Positions 37,295 to 47,843 are shown, numbered from the stretch's first letter. The stretch: 64,000 nucleotides of DNA from an uncultured Bacteroidales bacterium (GCA_964450375.1 CAYVEW010000003.1:935-64934); one strand, 5' to 3'. Numbers and translations are program-made. Notes: generated from the sequence alone by a model not told the origin.

Positions 37295-40200
37295 TTAATT
37301 TATAGAATATTGTATATCTGATTTTCCATTTAAATATTTTAATAAGTCATTGGTAAGTTCAATTCGCTCTGTTCGGGAGAATAAATCTATTGCAATATTT
37401 TCTTCCATATCTACAATTTTAAATTTCAGATTTATTTTTCCTTTTTTTGCCAGGGCTTCCTTTTTTACTTCTGCAACCAGATCTTCGTTAATTTTATTTA
37501 AAGGAATGGTTAATGTTAGATTATTTACCATCTCTTCGCGAACCTGGCTTAGCATCATCATGGTTTTGATTTTAAACTCAAGTTCCTGCTCGTTATAAGG
37601 ACGTGGTTGCACTTTTCCTTTAATTAACAAAGGATAATCCATATAACAATATTTTCTGAAGTTTTCGTAGTCTTTCCCAAATAGCGCCAGCCGATATGAC
37701 TCAGAATAATCCTGTATGGTAAGAAAACCAAAAGGTTTTCCGGTTTTACTAATGGAGTGCTTTACTTCTGTTACAATTCCTGCTACCGTTAAATCTCTTC
37801 CGCGTAAATTGGTTATATCGCCAAATTCAGATAAGGAAGCGTTACAAAAATTATCGATCTCCAGTTTAAAATCATCTAAAGGGTGCGCTGAAAGATAAAT
37901 ACCAATTACTTCTTTTTCTTTTTTCAGTTTTACCAGTTTCTGCCAATCATCTGCTGTTGGAATGGGCGGTTTAGAAATCTCGATTGTTTGAGCACCACCA
38001 AATAAGGATTGTTGAGTGCTGTTTTTATCATTTTGATATTTATTTCCGTAACGAACTAAACTTTCAATATACGTATTATCGCTGTTTTCATCCTGGGCAA
38101 AGTATTGTCCGCGTTTAATCTGGTCAAGGTTATCAAATGCGCCTGCTGTAGCAAGTGCTTCAAAGGTTTTTTTATTTACCTGATTCAGGTTTATTCGTTC
38201 AACAAAGTCGTATATATCTTTAAAGTGGCCATTTTTCTCACGTTCTTCGATAATAGCTTCTACAGCTCCTTCACCAACGCCTTTAATGCCAGCCATTCCG
38301 AATCGGATTGCTCCTTCTTTATTTACCGTAAATTTACGGTAGCTTTCGTTTACATCGGGTCCTAAAACAGCCATTCCCATATTACGGGAATCTTCCATAA
38401 AGTTGGTGATCTTTGTAATATCGCTCAGGTTTCGGCTTAAAACGCCGGCCATGAACTCTTCCGGATAATTGGCTTTAAGATACCCTGTTTGATAAGCAAT
38501 ATACGCATAACATACAGAATGAGATTTATTGAAAGCATAACTGGCGAACGCTTCCCAGTCAATCCATATTTTCTCGATTAATTTTTTGGGCTCTTTTTTA
38601 ACTTCTTTACATCCTTCCAGAAATTCTTCACTTGCCAGACAACCTTCAGTAAACTTAACTTTAAGTTTATCCATCATGTCCTTTTTCTTCTTACCCATTG
38701 CTTTACGCAGCGAGTCAGAATCGCCACGGGTAAATCCTCCTAAAGCCCTGGACTGAAGCATCACCTGTTCCTGATATACAGTAATTCCGTAGGTATCTTT
38801 TAGGAAGGATTCCATCATCGGATGGTCGTATTCAATTTTTTCTTTGCCGTGTTTTCGGGCAATAAAAGAAGGAATATATTCCATTGGACCGGGGCGGTAA
38901 AGCGCATTCATAGCCACAAGATCTTCAAACCGGTTGGGCTGAAGTGCTCTCAGGTGCTTTTTCATTCCGGGCGATTCGAACTGGAAAATAGCCGTAGTTT
39001 CACCCCGGCTAAACAGTTGAAATGTTTTTTCATCGTCCAGTCCAATATTGTTAATATCAATATCAATTCCTTTGGAGAGTTTAATATTGGATAAGACTTC
39101 CTTAATAATCGACAATGTTTTTAGCCCGAGAAAATCCATTTTAAGCAAGCCAATATCCTCAACAAACCGTCCATCGTACTGGGTGGTAAGCATTTCTTCG
39201 CCTTTGGTTGGCATTACAGGCAGGTGTTGTTCCAGGGAGTTACGGCCAATAAGTACGCCACAGGCATGCACTCCGGTTTGTCGTACCGAGCCTTCCAGCT
39301 TTTCGGCCAACTGTATGGTTTGGGCAATTAATGGATTGGATGATTTCTTTTCTTGAACTAAGGCAGGCTCTTCTTTATAGGCTTTTTCGAAACTCATTTT
39401 CGGTGCTTCGGGAACCAGCTTTGCCAAACGATTTGCTTCCGATAAATCCAGTTTTAATACCCGCGCCACATCTTTAATGGAACTTTTAGTTGCCATAGTA
39501 CCAAAAGTACAGATGTGGGCTACTTTATCGTGTCCATATTTTTTTGCTACAAAATCCAGTACCAGTTGGCGTCCATCATCATCAAAGTCAATATCGATAT
39601 CGGGCATGGAGACACGATCGGGGTTCAGGAATCGCTCGAAAAGCAGATTGTATTTTATAGGATCAACATTTGTTATTCCAGTGCAGTAGGCAACAACAGA
39701 TCCAGCTGCTGAACCACGTCCCGGTCCCACCAAAACACCATTGTCTTTGGCCCAGTTAATAAAGTCCTGGACTATAAGGAAATATCCCGGAAATCCCATA
39801 TTAATGATGGTATCCAGTTCAAAATTTATTCTTTCCTGATGTCCTTCGGGTAAAGGTTCGCCATATCGTTTTTTTGCTCCTTCCAAGGTAATGTGCCGCA
39901 AATAATCTGCTTCCTTATCAAAGCCTTCGGGTAATGGGAAATCCGGCATAATGGGCTTTGAGTCTAACTCAAATTGCTCCACCTTATTTGCTATTTCTAT
40001 GGTGTTTGCCAGCGCTTCAGGAACATCGGCGAATAACTCGTTCATTTCCTGAGTTGTTTTGAACCATTCCTGCTTTGTATAACGCATTCGCGTTGGATCA
40101 TCGTAATCGCGGCCGGTACTTAAACATACCAGTACATCATGCGCTTCTGCGTCATCCGGATCAATAAAATGAACATCGTTGGTGGCAATTACTTTTACGT

Positions 40201-41563
40201 TAAGTTCGTTGGCCATTTCAAGAATTACCTTGTTTACCTTCACCTGATTTTCCCACACGTCTATTTTTAAGCGAGGATCATTATTTTTGTGGCGCATGAT
40301 TTCAAGGTAATAGTTATCGCCAAAAACTGATTTAAACCACAAAATGGTTTCTTTGGCTTTGTCGAAATTACCAGACATGATATGCTGAGCAATTTCGCCA
40401 CCCAGGCACGCGCTGGTAACAATTATTCCTGCGTTGTATTTTTCTAAAAGCTCCTTGTCGATTCTTGGCTTATAGTACATTCCATCATTGTGAGCAATGG
40501 ATGTAAGCTTTAGCAGGTTTTGATATCCCTGATAGTTTTGTGCTAAAAGTATTAAGTGATTACCCGATGAATCTACTTTTTCATCTTTACGCAGATGCCC
40601 GCGCCGGGCAACATATGCTTCAATGCCTATAATTGGTTTTATTCCTTTTTTCTTGCACGAAACATGAAATTCTTTTATACCAAACATACTGCCATGGTCT
40701 GTTAGTGCCACGGCTGGCATATTATCTTCTTTTGCTTTTGCTGCTATTTGTGCTGTGGAAGCTGCTCCATCTAAAATTGAATATTGCGAGTGAACATGGA
40801 GATGAACAAAAGCCTGCAGACTGGAGTCAACAGATGCTTCTTTTATTTTCTGTTCTTCTGCTTCAATAGAAATATCGGTAAATTCATTTACTTTAAATGA
40901 TTCGTATTTAATTCCTACAGGTTTAATTTCAGAAGGATTGTTGCGACGAAAGGCTTCTATTTCCTTTTCGGTCATTTTTAGCACCGAGTTACTTATACCA
41001 CCAACTCTTACCAGCTCAAGAAAACATCGTGATGTTGCTTCCACATCGGCTGCAGCATTATGTGCTTCGGCAAAAGGGACTTTAAATAATTTTAAGTGAA
41101 GTTCGGTTAAGGTAGGTGATTTTATACCTCCGCTTTTATTACGTATGGCACAGAACTCTGTGCTTTCAATTTTCGTGCACAGCTGCGGGGCGCTTGTAAT
41201 AATTTCTTCCAGGCCGCATCTTAATAATTCGCTGCCAACAATGTTAATGTCAAATTCAACATTATGCCCTACAATAAATTTTGCTTTTTTAACATCTTCT
41301 ACAAAATCAATTAAAGCATCTTTTAAAGGGATTCCTTTTTCACTGGCAATTTCGGTGGAGATGCCATGCAATTCTTCCACATCTTTGGGTATGGTATAAC
41401 CTTCGGGTTTAATTACATGATTTTTTGCGAAAAGAAAATTACCTTCCAAATCGTGACACTGCCACGCCAATTGGACCATTCTTGGCCAGTTATCGAAATC
41501 AGTTAAAGGAGCTTTCCACTTTTTAGGTAAACCGGTGGTTTCAGTATCAAATATTAAAAACAT
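37295..41563 (-). CDS. dnaE: DNA polymerase III alpha subunit (DnaE) with an N-terminal DEDDh 3'-5' exonuclease domain fused
   Basis: Exo I FDTETTG, Exo II GHNVEFD, Exo III HNAAADVEAT, then PHP (HLHVHSQYSILDGA), the polymerase core and an OB fold. I place the start at ATG 41563 (MFLIFDTETTG). The ORF-track start at 41596 overlaps a minus-strand TAACTTTG -7 box (41601-41594). Confidence 0.9.
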   Translation of the reverse strand: MFLIFDTETTGLPKKWKAPLTDFDNWPRMVQLAWQCHDLEGNFLFAKNHVIKPEGYTIPKDVEELHGISTEIASEKGIPLKDALIDFVEDVKKAKFIVGHNVEFDINIVGSELLRCGLEEIITSAPQLCTKIESTEFCAIRNKSGGIKSPTLTELHLKLFKVPFAEAHNAAADVEATSRCFLELVRVGGISNSVLKMTEKEIEAFRRNNPSEIKPVGIKYESFKVNEFTDISIEAEEQKIKEASVDSSLQAFVHLHVHSQYSILDGAASTAQIAAKAKEDNMPAVALTDHGSMFGIKEFHVSCKKKGIKPIIGIEAYVARRGHLRKDEKVDSSGNHLILLAQNYQGYQNLLKLTSIAHNDGMYYKPRIDKELLEKYNAGIIVTSACLGGEIAQHIMSGNFDKAKETILWFKSVFGDNYYLEIMRHKNNDPRLKIDVWENQVKVNKVILEMANELNVKVIATNDVHFIDPDDAEAHDVLVCLSTGRDYDDPTRMRYTKQEWFKTTQEMNELFADVPEALANTIEIANKVEQFELDSKPIMPDFPLPEGFDKEADYLRHITLEGAKKRYGEPLPEGHQERINFELDTIINMGFPGYFLIVQDFINWAKDNGVLVGPGRGSAAGSVVAYCTGITNVDPIKYNLLFERFLNPDRVSMPDIDIDFDDDGRQLVLDFVAKKYGHDKVAHICTFGTMATKSSIKDVARVLKLDLSEANRLAKLVPEAPKMSFEKAYKEEPALVQEKKSSNPLIAQTIQLAEKLEGSVRQTGVHACGVLIGRNSLEQHLPVMPTKGEEMLTTQYDGRFVEDIGLLKMDFLGLKTLSIIKEVLSNIKLSKGIDIDINNIGLDDEKTFQLFSRGETTAIFQFESPGMKKHLRALQPNRFEDLVAMNALYRPGPMEYIPSFIARKHGKEKIEYDHPMMESFLKDTYGITVYQEQVMLQSRALGGFTRGDSDSLRKAMGKKKKDMMDKLKVKFTEGCLASEEFLEGCKEVKKEPKKLIEKIWIDWEAFASYAFNKSHSVCYAYIAYQTGYLKANYPEEFMAGVLSRNLSDITKITNFMEDSRNMGMAVLGPDVNESYRKFTVNKEGAIRFGMAGIKGVGEGAVEAIIEEREKNGHFKDIYDFVERINLNQVNKKTFEALATAGAFDNLDQIKRGQYFAQDENSDNTYIESLVRYGNKYQNDKNSTQQSLFGGAQTIEISKPPIPTADDWQKLVKLKKEKEVIGIYLSAHPLDDFKLEIDNFCNASLSEFGDITNLRGRDLTVAGIVTEVKHSISKTGKPFGFLTIQDYSESYRLALFGKDYENFRKYCYMDYPLLIKGKVQPRPYNEQELEFKIKTMMMLSQVREEMVNNLTLTIPLNKINEDLVAEVKKEALAKKGKINLKFKIVDMEENIAIDLFSRTERIELTNDLLKYLNGKSDIQYSIN

Positions 41564-41802
41564 GAAAAATAAATTTTGTAGAAAAAGATGTAACAAAGTT
41601 AATGCATCTATATACTTTTATTGGAAAATTTCAATTGTTTTTTTACACATCTATTCTGGTATAAAAACATTTAAAATGAAGTATTTCATTTAAAACTGGC
41701 TTTCCATGTTGATAACTTAACTTAATTTACTTTTTAATCAAAAAGCAATTGTTTTTAGATTGAAATAAGACATAAAAATATTTTATAAACGAAATAAAAT
41801 TG

Positions 41803-41810
41803 TATCTTTG
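41803..41810 (+). promoter_or_regulatory. -7 promoter box for rpsP-rimM
   Basis: TATCTTTG is an exact TAnnTTTG match 50 nt upstream of the rpsP ATG. The -33 region is TTTT, not TTTG. Confidence 0.4.
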
Positions 41811-41859
41811 CCGCACATTTTCAAAAATGTAGGTTTATTAATTTTAAAAAAACAAGAGT

Positions 41860-42444
41860 ATGCCTGTAAAGATTCGATTAACAAGAAGAGGGAAAAAAAG
41901 AGCCCCTTTTTATCACATTGTTATCGCAGATAGCAGAGCGCCACGAGATGGTAGATTTATTGAAAGTGTAGGACGTTATAATCCTACTACTAATCCTGCT
42001 ACTATTGAGTTAGATTTTGATAAAGCATTAGATTGGCTACAAAAGGGCGCTCAACCTACAGATACATGTAGAGCTATTTTGTCATACAAAGGTGTGATGA
42101 TGAAAAAGCACTTACTTGAAGGAGTAAAAAAAGGTGCTTTAACTGAAGAACAAGCTGAGGAGAAATTCCAAAGCTGGTTAAAAGAAAAAGAAAGCAAAAT
42201 CCAAGCGAAAGTTGATATGCTTAAAAAAGGCATGGATTCTGATGCGAAGAAACGCTTTGAAGCTGAAACAAAAGTTCGTGAAGCAAGAGCCGAAGAATTA
42301 GCAAAGAAAACGGCTGAAGCTGCTGCTGAAGAAGCAAAAGCCAATGCAAAAGACGAAGAAGAAGTAAAGCCTGAAGAAACAACGGAAGTTGCAGAAGAGC
42401 AAGCTCCTGAAGCAGAAAATACTGACGAAGCAAAAGAAGCTTAA
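41860..42444 (+). CDS. rpsP: 30S ribosomal protein S16 with a long K/E/A-rich C-terminal tail
   Basis: 194 aa. [35 protein letters not shown] is canonical S16. The roughly 100 residues after the core are low-complexity. Confidence 0.93.
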   Translation: MPVKIRLTRRGKKRAPFYHIVIADSRAPRDGRFIESVGRYNPTTNPATIELDFDKALDWLQKGAQPTDTCRAILSYKGVMMKKHLLEGVKKGALTEEQAEEKFQSWLKEKESKIQAKVDMLKKGMDSDAKKRFEAETKVREARAEELAKKTAEAAAEEAKANAKDEEEVKPEETTEVAEEQAPEAENTDEAKEA

Positions 42445-42458
42445 GATATATTTTTTGC

Positions 42459-42980
42459 ATGAAAAAGGATGATCATTATTTAACCGGGTCGCTTTTAAAA
42501 ACTGCGGGGACGAAAGGCGAAATTATTCTAAAGTTTAATAATGATTTACCAGAAGAAATATTAAAATTGGAATCAATTTTGGTCGAAGTAGACGGAAAAT
42601 TGGTTCCTTTTTTTATTGAAAGCAGTAAAATAAAATCTAACCAAACTCTTATAGTTCAAATAGAAGGGTTAGATTCTGATCAGAAATCACAGGAATTTAT
42701 TGGTGCTGATTTTTATATCTCAAAAAAGCAAAAAGAAGCTACTGGAGTTGATACATCGGAATTTATTGATGTGGTGGGCTATCAGGTAAAAGATCAGAAC
42801 GATGTTTTAATAGGCACGGTGGTTGAGTTTGTGGATATTGCAAAAAATCCATTGCTAAATGTAAAAACATCTCAGGGAGAAAAATTAATTCCGGCTGGCG
42901 AAGATTTAATCCTGGATCTGGATGATCAACTTCAAATAATTTATTTAGAAATACCAGATGGTTTGTTAGATCTTTCTTAG
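42459..42980 (+). CDS. rimM: 16S rRNA processing protein RimM
   Basis: 173 aa. Directly follows rpsP, has RimM N-domain and PRC-barrel layout, and ends EIPDGLLDL. Confidence 0.88.
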   Translation: MKKDDHYLTGSLLKTAGTKGEIILKFNNDLPEEILKLESILVEVDGKLVPFFIESSKIKSNQTLIVQIEGLDSDQKSQEFIGADFYISKKQKEATGVDTSEFIDVVGYQVKDQNDVLIGTVVEFVDIAKNPLLNVKTSQGEKLIPAGEDLILDLDDQLQIIYLEIPDGLLDLS

Positions 42981-43414
42981 AATTCTATATCCTTTTCAAA
43001 GTTTCCAATTTTAATTCTCCACTCATCAGGAATCGGACAGGGTTTATCTGCGGATTTGCAAAAAGAAACCATGATGGATTCACAAATGGCCATAGTTTCA
43101 CCAGAATTGGCACAGATAATCTGCTGATACATAGACAGGCTCTTGTTGCCAAGCCTATTTATCTTTGTTTGCACTTCAACTTGATCATCCATAAGAATGG
43201 GACGAATAAACTCCAAGCTTACTTTTTTTAGAACCAACCCACGAATATTCCATTGCATTTTTTCTTGTAAAACCTTATCAAAGTAACTGGTTCGTGCAAG
43301 ATCAAAGTAGTTTTGATAAACGGAATTGTTTACGTGTGCTAAAGAGTCAAAATCGTTAAAACGAATTTGAATGGGTGTAGTATGAAAAAACTTAAAAATT
43401 TGGTTATCTGTCAT
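42977..43414 (-). CDS. Hotdog-fold acyl-CoA thioesterase (4HBT/YbgC-like)
   Basis: FHTTPIQIRFNDFDSLAHVNNSVY carries the 4HBT catalytic Asp region. I prefer the start at ATG 43414 (MTDNQ), which overlaps the upstream gene's end by 11 nt. The ORF-track start at 43477 would lie deep inside that gene. Confidence 0.8.
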   Translation of the reverse strand: MTDNQIFKFFHTTPIQIRFNDFDSLAHVNNSVYQNYFDLARTSYFDKVLQEKMQWNIRGLVLKKVSLEFIRPILMDDQVEVQTKINRLGNKSLSMYQQIICANSGETMAICESIMVSFCKSADKPCPIPDEWRIKIGNFEKDIEF

Positions 43415-45296
43415 AATTCTGGAATTCAGCATCCAACTCTTCGTACACGGAGTTCTGACTTTTAAATTCAGGAACAATCTCCTTCATCTTTTTTACAATC
43501 TCCATGTTGTTATGATGCTTTTGAAGGTTTAATAAATCTTTGAACTGCTCCTGTACTTGCGCTATATCGTATTCGCGCACTTTTGCTATCATGATCTTGG
43601 AATGGTGTGTAGGAATAGTATTTTCCATATCATTAAGCAGTTCTTCGTATAATTTCTCGCCAGGCCGAAGTCCGGTAAATTTAATCTGTATATCTTTTCC
43701 TATGTTTAAGCCCGAGAGTTTTATCATCTTTTTTGCCAAATCGATAATTTTTACGGATTTACCCATATCGAAAATAAAAATCTCTCCGCCTTTGCTCATG
43801 GCTCCTGCTTCAATAACTAACTGGCAGGCTTCGGGGATAGTCATAAAATAACGCGTAACTTCAGGATGCGTTACAGTAACCGGACCACCTTTATCAATTT
43901 GTTTTTTAAAGCGAAGAATTACAGATCCGTTCGATCCCAATACATTTCCAAATCGTGTTGTGATAAAATTGGTGTTACTAATCTGGTTAAAAGACTGTAT
44001 GTAAATTTCTGCTATACGTTTTGATGCACCCATTACATTTGTTGGGTTTACGGCTTTGTCGGTCGATACCATTACAAATTGCTCAACTTTGTATTCGTGC
44101 GAGATATCGGCAATATTTTTGGTTCCCAGAATATTGGTGCGAAGTGCTTCAGTGGGGTTATTTTCCATCATTGGAACATGCTTATATGCTGCTGCATGAT
44201 ACACAAATGAAGGTTTAAAAGATTCGAATAGTTTTTTTACCCTATATTTATCGGCTATATTTCCTATTACGATCTCAAAGTTATAGAAGTTGAATTTCTC
44301 CTGTAAATCAAGTTCCATATCGTAAAGTGGCGATTCGGCCTGATCAAAAAGCACAATTTTTTTAGGGTTAAACTGAATCAGCTGTCGAACAATTTCGCTT
44401 CCGATTGACCCTGCGGCTCCCGTAACCAGAATGGTTTTATTCAATAATTTCTTTTTAATTCGTGTAACGTCCAACACAATTGGCGGTCGTTCCAGCAAAT
44501 CTTCAATTTTAATATCTTTAATCTGGTTAAAACTTAATTCGCCATTAATCCAGGTATTTATGTCGGGCACCGAAAGAACCCGCACGTTATTTTGCAGGCA
44601 TTTTTCAATGATATTATGTTTTTCTTCGGCTTCAATATCTTCTTTGGCAATAATTAGCTTTTCTACTGTATTGTGTTCCAGAAGATTTTCAAGGTAGGAT
44701 GGATGATATATGGTAACGCCCTCCAGACGTTTTCCTATGTTCGAATCGTTAATATCCATAAAGGCAAGCACTTTATGCTTACTCTCGGCATCACGGTCGA
44801 GGGTTCTTTTGGTGATCACTCCGAATTGCCCTGCACCATAAATGATAATATCCGTTTTTTCTTTACTGGGGTTGTATAATTCCTGGTAAACAATCTTGGT
44901 TGACAGGCGAAATGATGCCATTAGGAAAACAGTTAATAAGAAATCAATGGCAATTACCGAAAAAGGAATGATGTAAGTTCCTTCCAGGAAAAAGTAGTTT
45001 AATACATTGATTACAATAAAAACTAAACTACCAGAAATAGCAACCAGAAAGATCCTTTCCGTATCTTTTGCTCCCGAATATCTTATGATCCCGGCATAGG
45101 TTTTAAAGATTAAAAAGGTGATTGATCGAAAAAACAGGACATAAGGTATAATAAAGTAAAGTGCATCCATGTAACTTTGTGGAATAACAAAGTTAAAACG
45201 CAATAAAAAGGCAGCAGATATGGATACCGCACAAATCCCCAGATCAATTAAAAAAACAATCCACCTGGGAGTATATGATTTTGGAAATCGAATCAT
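43404..45296 (-). CDS. Membrane-bound polysaccharide biosynthesis protein, CapD/WbpM/PglF-type NDP-sugar 4,6-dehydratase
   Basis: 630 aa with 4 N-terminal TM helices and two Rossmann regions (IIIYGAGQFG, VTGAAGSIGSE). The SDR extended-family layout is typical of CapD. Confidence 0.88.
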   Translation of the reverse strand: MIRFPKSYTPRWIVFLIDLGICAVSISAAFLLRFNFVIPQSYMDALYFIIPYVLFFRSITFLIFKTYAGIIRYSGAKDTERIFLVAISGSLVFIVINVLNYFFLEGTYIIPFSVIAIDFLLTVFLMASFRLSTKIVYQELYNPSKEKTDIIIYGAGQFGVITKRTLDRDAESKHKVLAFMDINDSNIGKRLEGVTIYHPSYLENLLEHNTVEKLIIAKEDIEAEEKHNIIEKCLQNNVRVLSVPDINTWINGELSFNQIKDIKIEDLLERPPIVLDVTRIKKKLLNKTILVTGAAGSIGSEIVRQLIQFNPKKIVLFDQAESPLYDMELDLQEKFNFYNFEIVIGNIADKYRVKKLFESFKPSFVYHAAAYKHVPMMENNPTEALRTNILGTKNIADISHEYKVEQFVMVSTDKAVNPTNVMGASKRIAEIYIQSFNQISNTNFITTRFGNVLGSNGSVILRFKKQIDKGGPVTVTHPEVTRYFMTIPEACQLVIEAGAMSKGGEIFIFDMGKSVKIIDLAKKMIKLSGLNIGKDIQIKFTGLRPGEKLYEELLNDMENTIPTHHSKIMIAKVREYDIAQVQEQFKDLLNLQKHHNNMEIVKKMKEIVPEFKSQNSVYEELDAEFQNYDR

Positions 45297-45394
45297 TTCT
45301 GTTAGTCAATTAATATTCTCCAAAAATAATTAAAATTATTGCAGCAGATATCATTTTTGAGCGTCTTTATCAAAACTAATTAAAAATTTGATTT

Positions 45395-46120
45395 ATGAAA
45401 ACAACAATTAAATGGTTTATAATTCCAACTTTCTTATTGTTAATGGCTCTATCGATTAGTACTCAGGCAATAAGCTTAAGCGATGTAAAAAAAGAAAACA
45501 GAAAAGTTGCAGATTTTAACGAATTGTCATTTGCTTTACCTGGCAATTTATTTTTAACTCAGGGTTCAAAAAACGAAGTAATTATTGAAGCGGACGAAGA
45601 TTTACTTGAAAAGATTGAAACGGAGGTTCGAGGAAATACTTTAAGCATTGGTTTTGAAAAATGGTACAATTACCGTGGATTTGGCGAGATAAATGTTTAT
45701 GTAACGGTTAAAGATATCAGTAAACTAATACTTTCGGGATCAGGAGATGTTATTGCTCAAAACCAGATTAAATCGGAACAACTGGGTTTTGTGCTTTCCG
45801 GAAGTGGAAAAATTATAATTGATGACCTGGTAACAAATGAAGTAACAGCAGTAATTACAGGTTCGGGCGACATTAAAATTAAAGGTAAAACAAAAGCGAA
45901 AGAGCTGAGCGCTACAATAACCGGTTCAGGTGATTTTGAAGCTTACGATATTGCGTTTGACGAAGCCGATTTAACCATTACAGGTTCAGGCTCGATTCGT
46001 GCAACTGTAATTGACGAATTGGATGCTAACATTACCGGTAGCGGAAGAATATATTATAAAGGAAAACCATTAATTGATGCCTATATTACTGGTAGTGGTA
46101 AAATACGAAGCGAAGATTAA
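45395..46120 (+). CDS. Secreted DUF2807 (head-GIN-like) beta-helical protein
   Basis: 241 aa with a signal peptide. Contains 6 copies of the [L/I/V][S/T]GSG[D/K/S/R][V/I/F] repeat. Confidence 0.75.
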   Translation: MKTTIKWFIIPTFLLLMALSISTQAISLSDVKKENRKVADFNELSFALPGNLFLTQGSKNEVIIEADEDLLEKIETEVRGNTLSIGFEKWYNYRGFGEINVYVTVKDISKLILSGSGDVIAQNQIKSEQLGFVLSGSGKIIIDDLVTNEVTAVITGSGDIKIKGKTKAKELSATITGSGDFEAYDIAFDEADLTITGSGSIRATVIDELDANITGSGRIYYKGKPLIDAYITGSGKIRSED

Positions 46121-46160
46121 GAACAACATTGAGAAGGTATGCAAGATGCATTTGGAGCTT

Positions 46161-46199
46161 TAATTCGCAAAGTGATGATAAACTGAACTTTGCGAATTA
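46161..46199. terminator. Strong hairpin between convergent genes
   Basis: Perfect 13-bp stem TAATTCGCAAAGT/ACTTTGCGAATTA with a 13-nt loop, followed on the plus strand by GTTTCTTT. Confidence 0.7.
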
Positions 46200-46232
46200 G
46201 TTTCTTTGCAAGAAAAATCAGAACGGCTTCTT

Positions 46233-46796
46233 TTACTCTCGTATTATTTTAATTTCGCCGTTGGGTTTTAGTTTTATAATACTGGATGTTTGTGCTTTAT
46301 GATATTCATCTTGCCGCCATTCTACCACATAGTCAACGGCCTGAATGATCTCTTCCGATATTTCAGAGAAATTACCGGGGGCTTTTTCCCCACTTAGGTT
46401 AGCAGATGTAGAAACAATAGGTTTTTTAAATTGTTGTATCAGTTTTTGACAAAAAGAATCTTGTGCAATTCGTATTCCGATACTTCCGTCGTCAGCAATT
46501 AAGTTACTAGCCAGATTTTTTGCATCGGAGTAAATTATGGTTAGTGGTTTTTCCGATAATTCAATTAAGTCCCATGCAATTTCCGGAACTTCTTTGACAT
46601 AGGAAGGAACTTTTCCGGCACTATCAAGCAACACTAAAAAGGTTTTTTGATTGCTTCTTTTTTTTATTTCAAGTATTCTTTTTACTGCATTTTCGTTGGT
46701 AGCATCGCATCCTAAACCCCAAATAGTATCAGTAGGATAGAGTATAACACCCCCATTATGTAATATTTCCAGGCATTTCTGAATATCCTGTTTCAT
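46233..46796 (-). CDS. tsaC: L-threonylcarbamoyladenylate synthase (YrdC/TsaC type)
   Basis: 187 aa. ILYPTDTIWGLGCDA, KKRSNQKTFLVL, STSANLSGE. Confidence 0.88.
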   Translation of the reverse strand: MKQDIQKCLEILHNGGVILYPTDTIWGLGCDATNENAVKRILEIKKRSNQKTFLVLLDSAGKVPSYVKEVPEIAWDLIELSEKPLTIIYSDAKNLASNLIADDGSIGIRIAQDSFCQKLIQQFKKPIVSTSANLSGEKAPGNFSEISEEIIQAVDYVVEWRQDEYHKAQTSSIIKLKPNGEIKIIRE

Positions 46797-46801
46797 ATCG
46801 G

Positions 46802-47842
46802 CTAGTTTACTTTACCAAACATTTTAATCATCTTTCGTTTTCTGCCCCAGGGGAGTTTTCTTTGCTCCGGAATCGGATTTTCCAGAATGTATTGCTCCAG
46901 GGTATCAACCATTCTTTTCGAAGATTTACCATCGGTGTAAGGATGGTAATTTGCAATAATCCAACTTCTTTGGTCTTTGAATTTATCGTATTTAATGGTT
47001 TCGTTTACCGATGTAATCAGTTGTTTATAACTCGAAATGTTTTCCCACTTAATGTTTTTTGATTTGGATTTGTACGTTATAACGGGTTTGTCTAACAATA
47101 AGAATTCATAGACAACCGATGAAGTATCACTAATCATTATGTCCGACAAAATCAGATATTTAATGATGTTGTTATCTTCAACAATCCTGGCATTGGGGTA
47201 TTCTTTGCATAATGTTTTATATTCTGATATTACTTTTTGATCCATTAAATCGTGAAATTTTATGAACACTAAGTTTTCAGAATTTGCCAATTTTAGTATG
47301 TGAGTTTTTAAATCGATAGCCGATGTTAATGATGGGGAAAAAGTTGGAGCATACAATATGATTCTTTTAACTGCATGCTCGTTTAATAAGTCATTTTTTT
47401 CTTTATCGTATGATCCTTTTTGAGCGAACAACTGGTCAAGCTTAGGCCACCCGGTTTCAATTACATCGAAATCTTTGTGTTTTTTGGCAAGTTTATGAAA
47501 GCGGTTTGTAAAGTATGGCCCCTGAGTTAGATAAAGATCAAAATATTTCCTGATTCTGAAATGGCCTTTTTTTTCGCCGGCCAGGCCATGAAATATCTGA
47601 ACTTTTACTCCACGCAAATAATGTGGAACTTCATTACCCGGAACAATAATTACATCGCTCTTAAAATCATGAATTTCCTGAATGTTTGTTGTGTAATCGC
47701 ACTCTTTTTTGAATGGAAATTTTTCGACAATATCATTAGGAATAAACCACTTTACAGGATGATTTCTTGTAATAAGCTCATCGTATAGCGGTTTTAAAAT
47801 GCCAAATGCATAAGGGTTTTTACAAAAAAGCGTTGTTTTCAT
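46802..47842 (-). CDS. CDP-alcohol (CDP-glycerol-type) phosphotransferase, TagB/TagF family
   Basis: 346 aa. LYAPTFSPS and ISDTSSVVYEFLLLDKPVI correspond to TagF-family motifs as I recall them. Confidence 0.72.
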   Translation of the reverse strand: MKTTLFCKNPYAFGILKPLYDELITRNHPVKWFIPNDIVEKFPFKKECDYTTNIQEIHDFKSDVIIVPGNEVPHYLRGVKVQIFHGLAGEKKGHFRIRKYFDLYLTQGPYFTNRFHKLAKKHKDFDVIETGWPKLDQLFAQKGSYDKEKNDLLNEHAVKRIILYAPTFSPSLTSAIDLKTHILKLANSENLVFIKFHDLMDQKVISEYKTLCKEYPNARIVEDNNIIKYLILSDIMISDTSSVVYEFLLLDKPVITYKSKSKNIKWENISSYKQLITSVNETIKYDKFKDQRSWIIANYHPYTDGKSSKRMVDTLEQYILENPIPEQRKLPWGRKRKMIKMFGKVN

Positions 47843-47843
47843 G

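Noticed and set aside
41564-41596. ORF-track start of dnaE at 41596 (MLHLFLQNLFF...).
   Set aside because: The extra 11 residues are not part of the exonuclease fold, and the ATG overlaps a minus-strand TAACTTTG -7 box. The ATG at 41563 is preferred.
42120-42444. Long K/E/A-rich C-terminal extension of S16 as a novelty.
   Set aside because: To my knowledge, extended charged S16 tails are common in Bacteroidota. It is noted in the feature but not treated as unusual.
42051-42460. Two antisense ORFs (97 aa and 79 aa) opposite the 3' half of rpsP.
   Set aside because: They are produced by the GAA/GCT/AAA-rich coding of the S16 tail. The products are Leu/Ser/Ala repeats.
43415-43477. ORF-track start of the thioesterase at 43477.
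   Set aside because: It would overlap the CapD-like gene by 74 nt. The internal ATG at 43414 gives a normal-length 4HBT protein with an 11-nt overlap.
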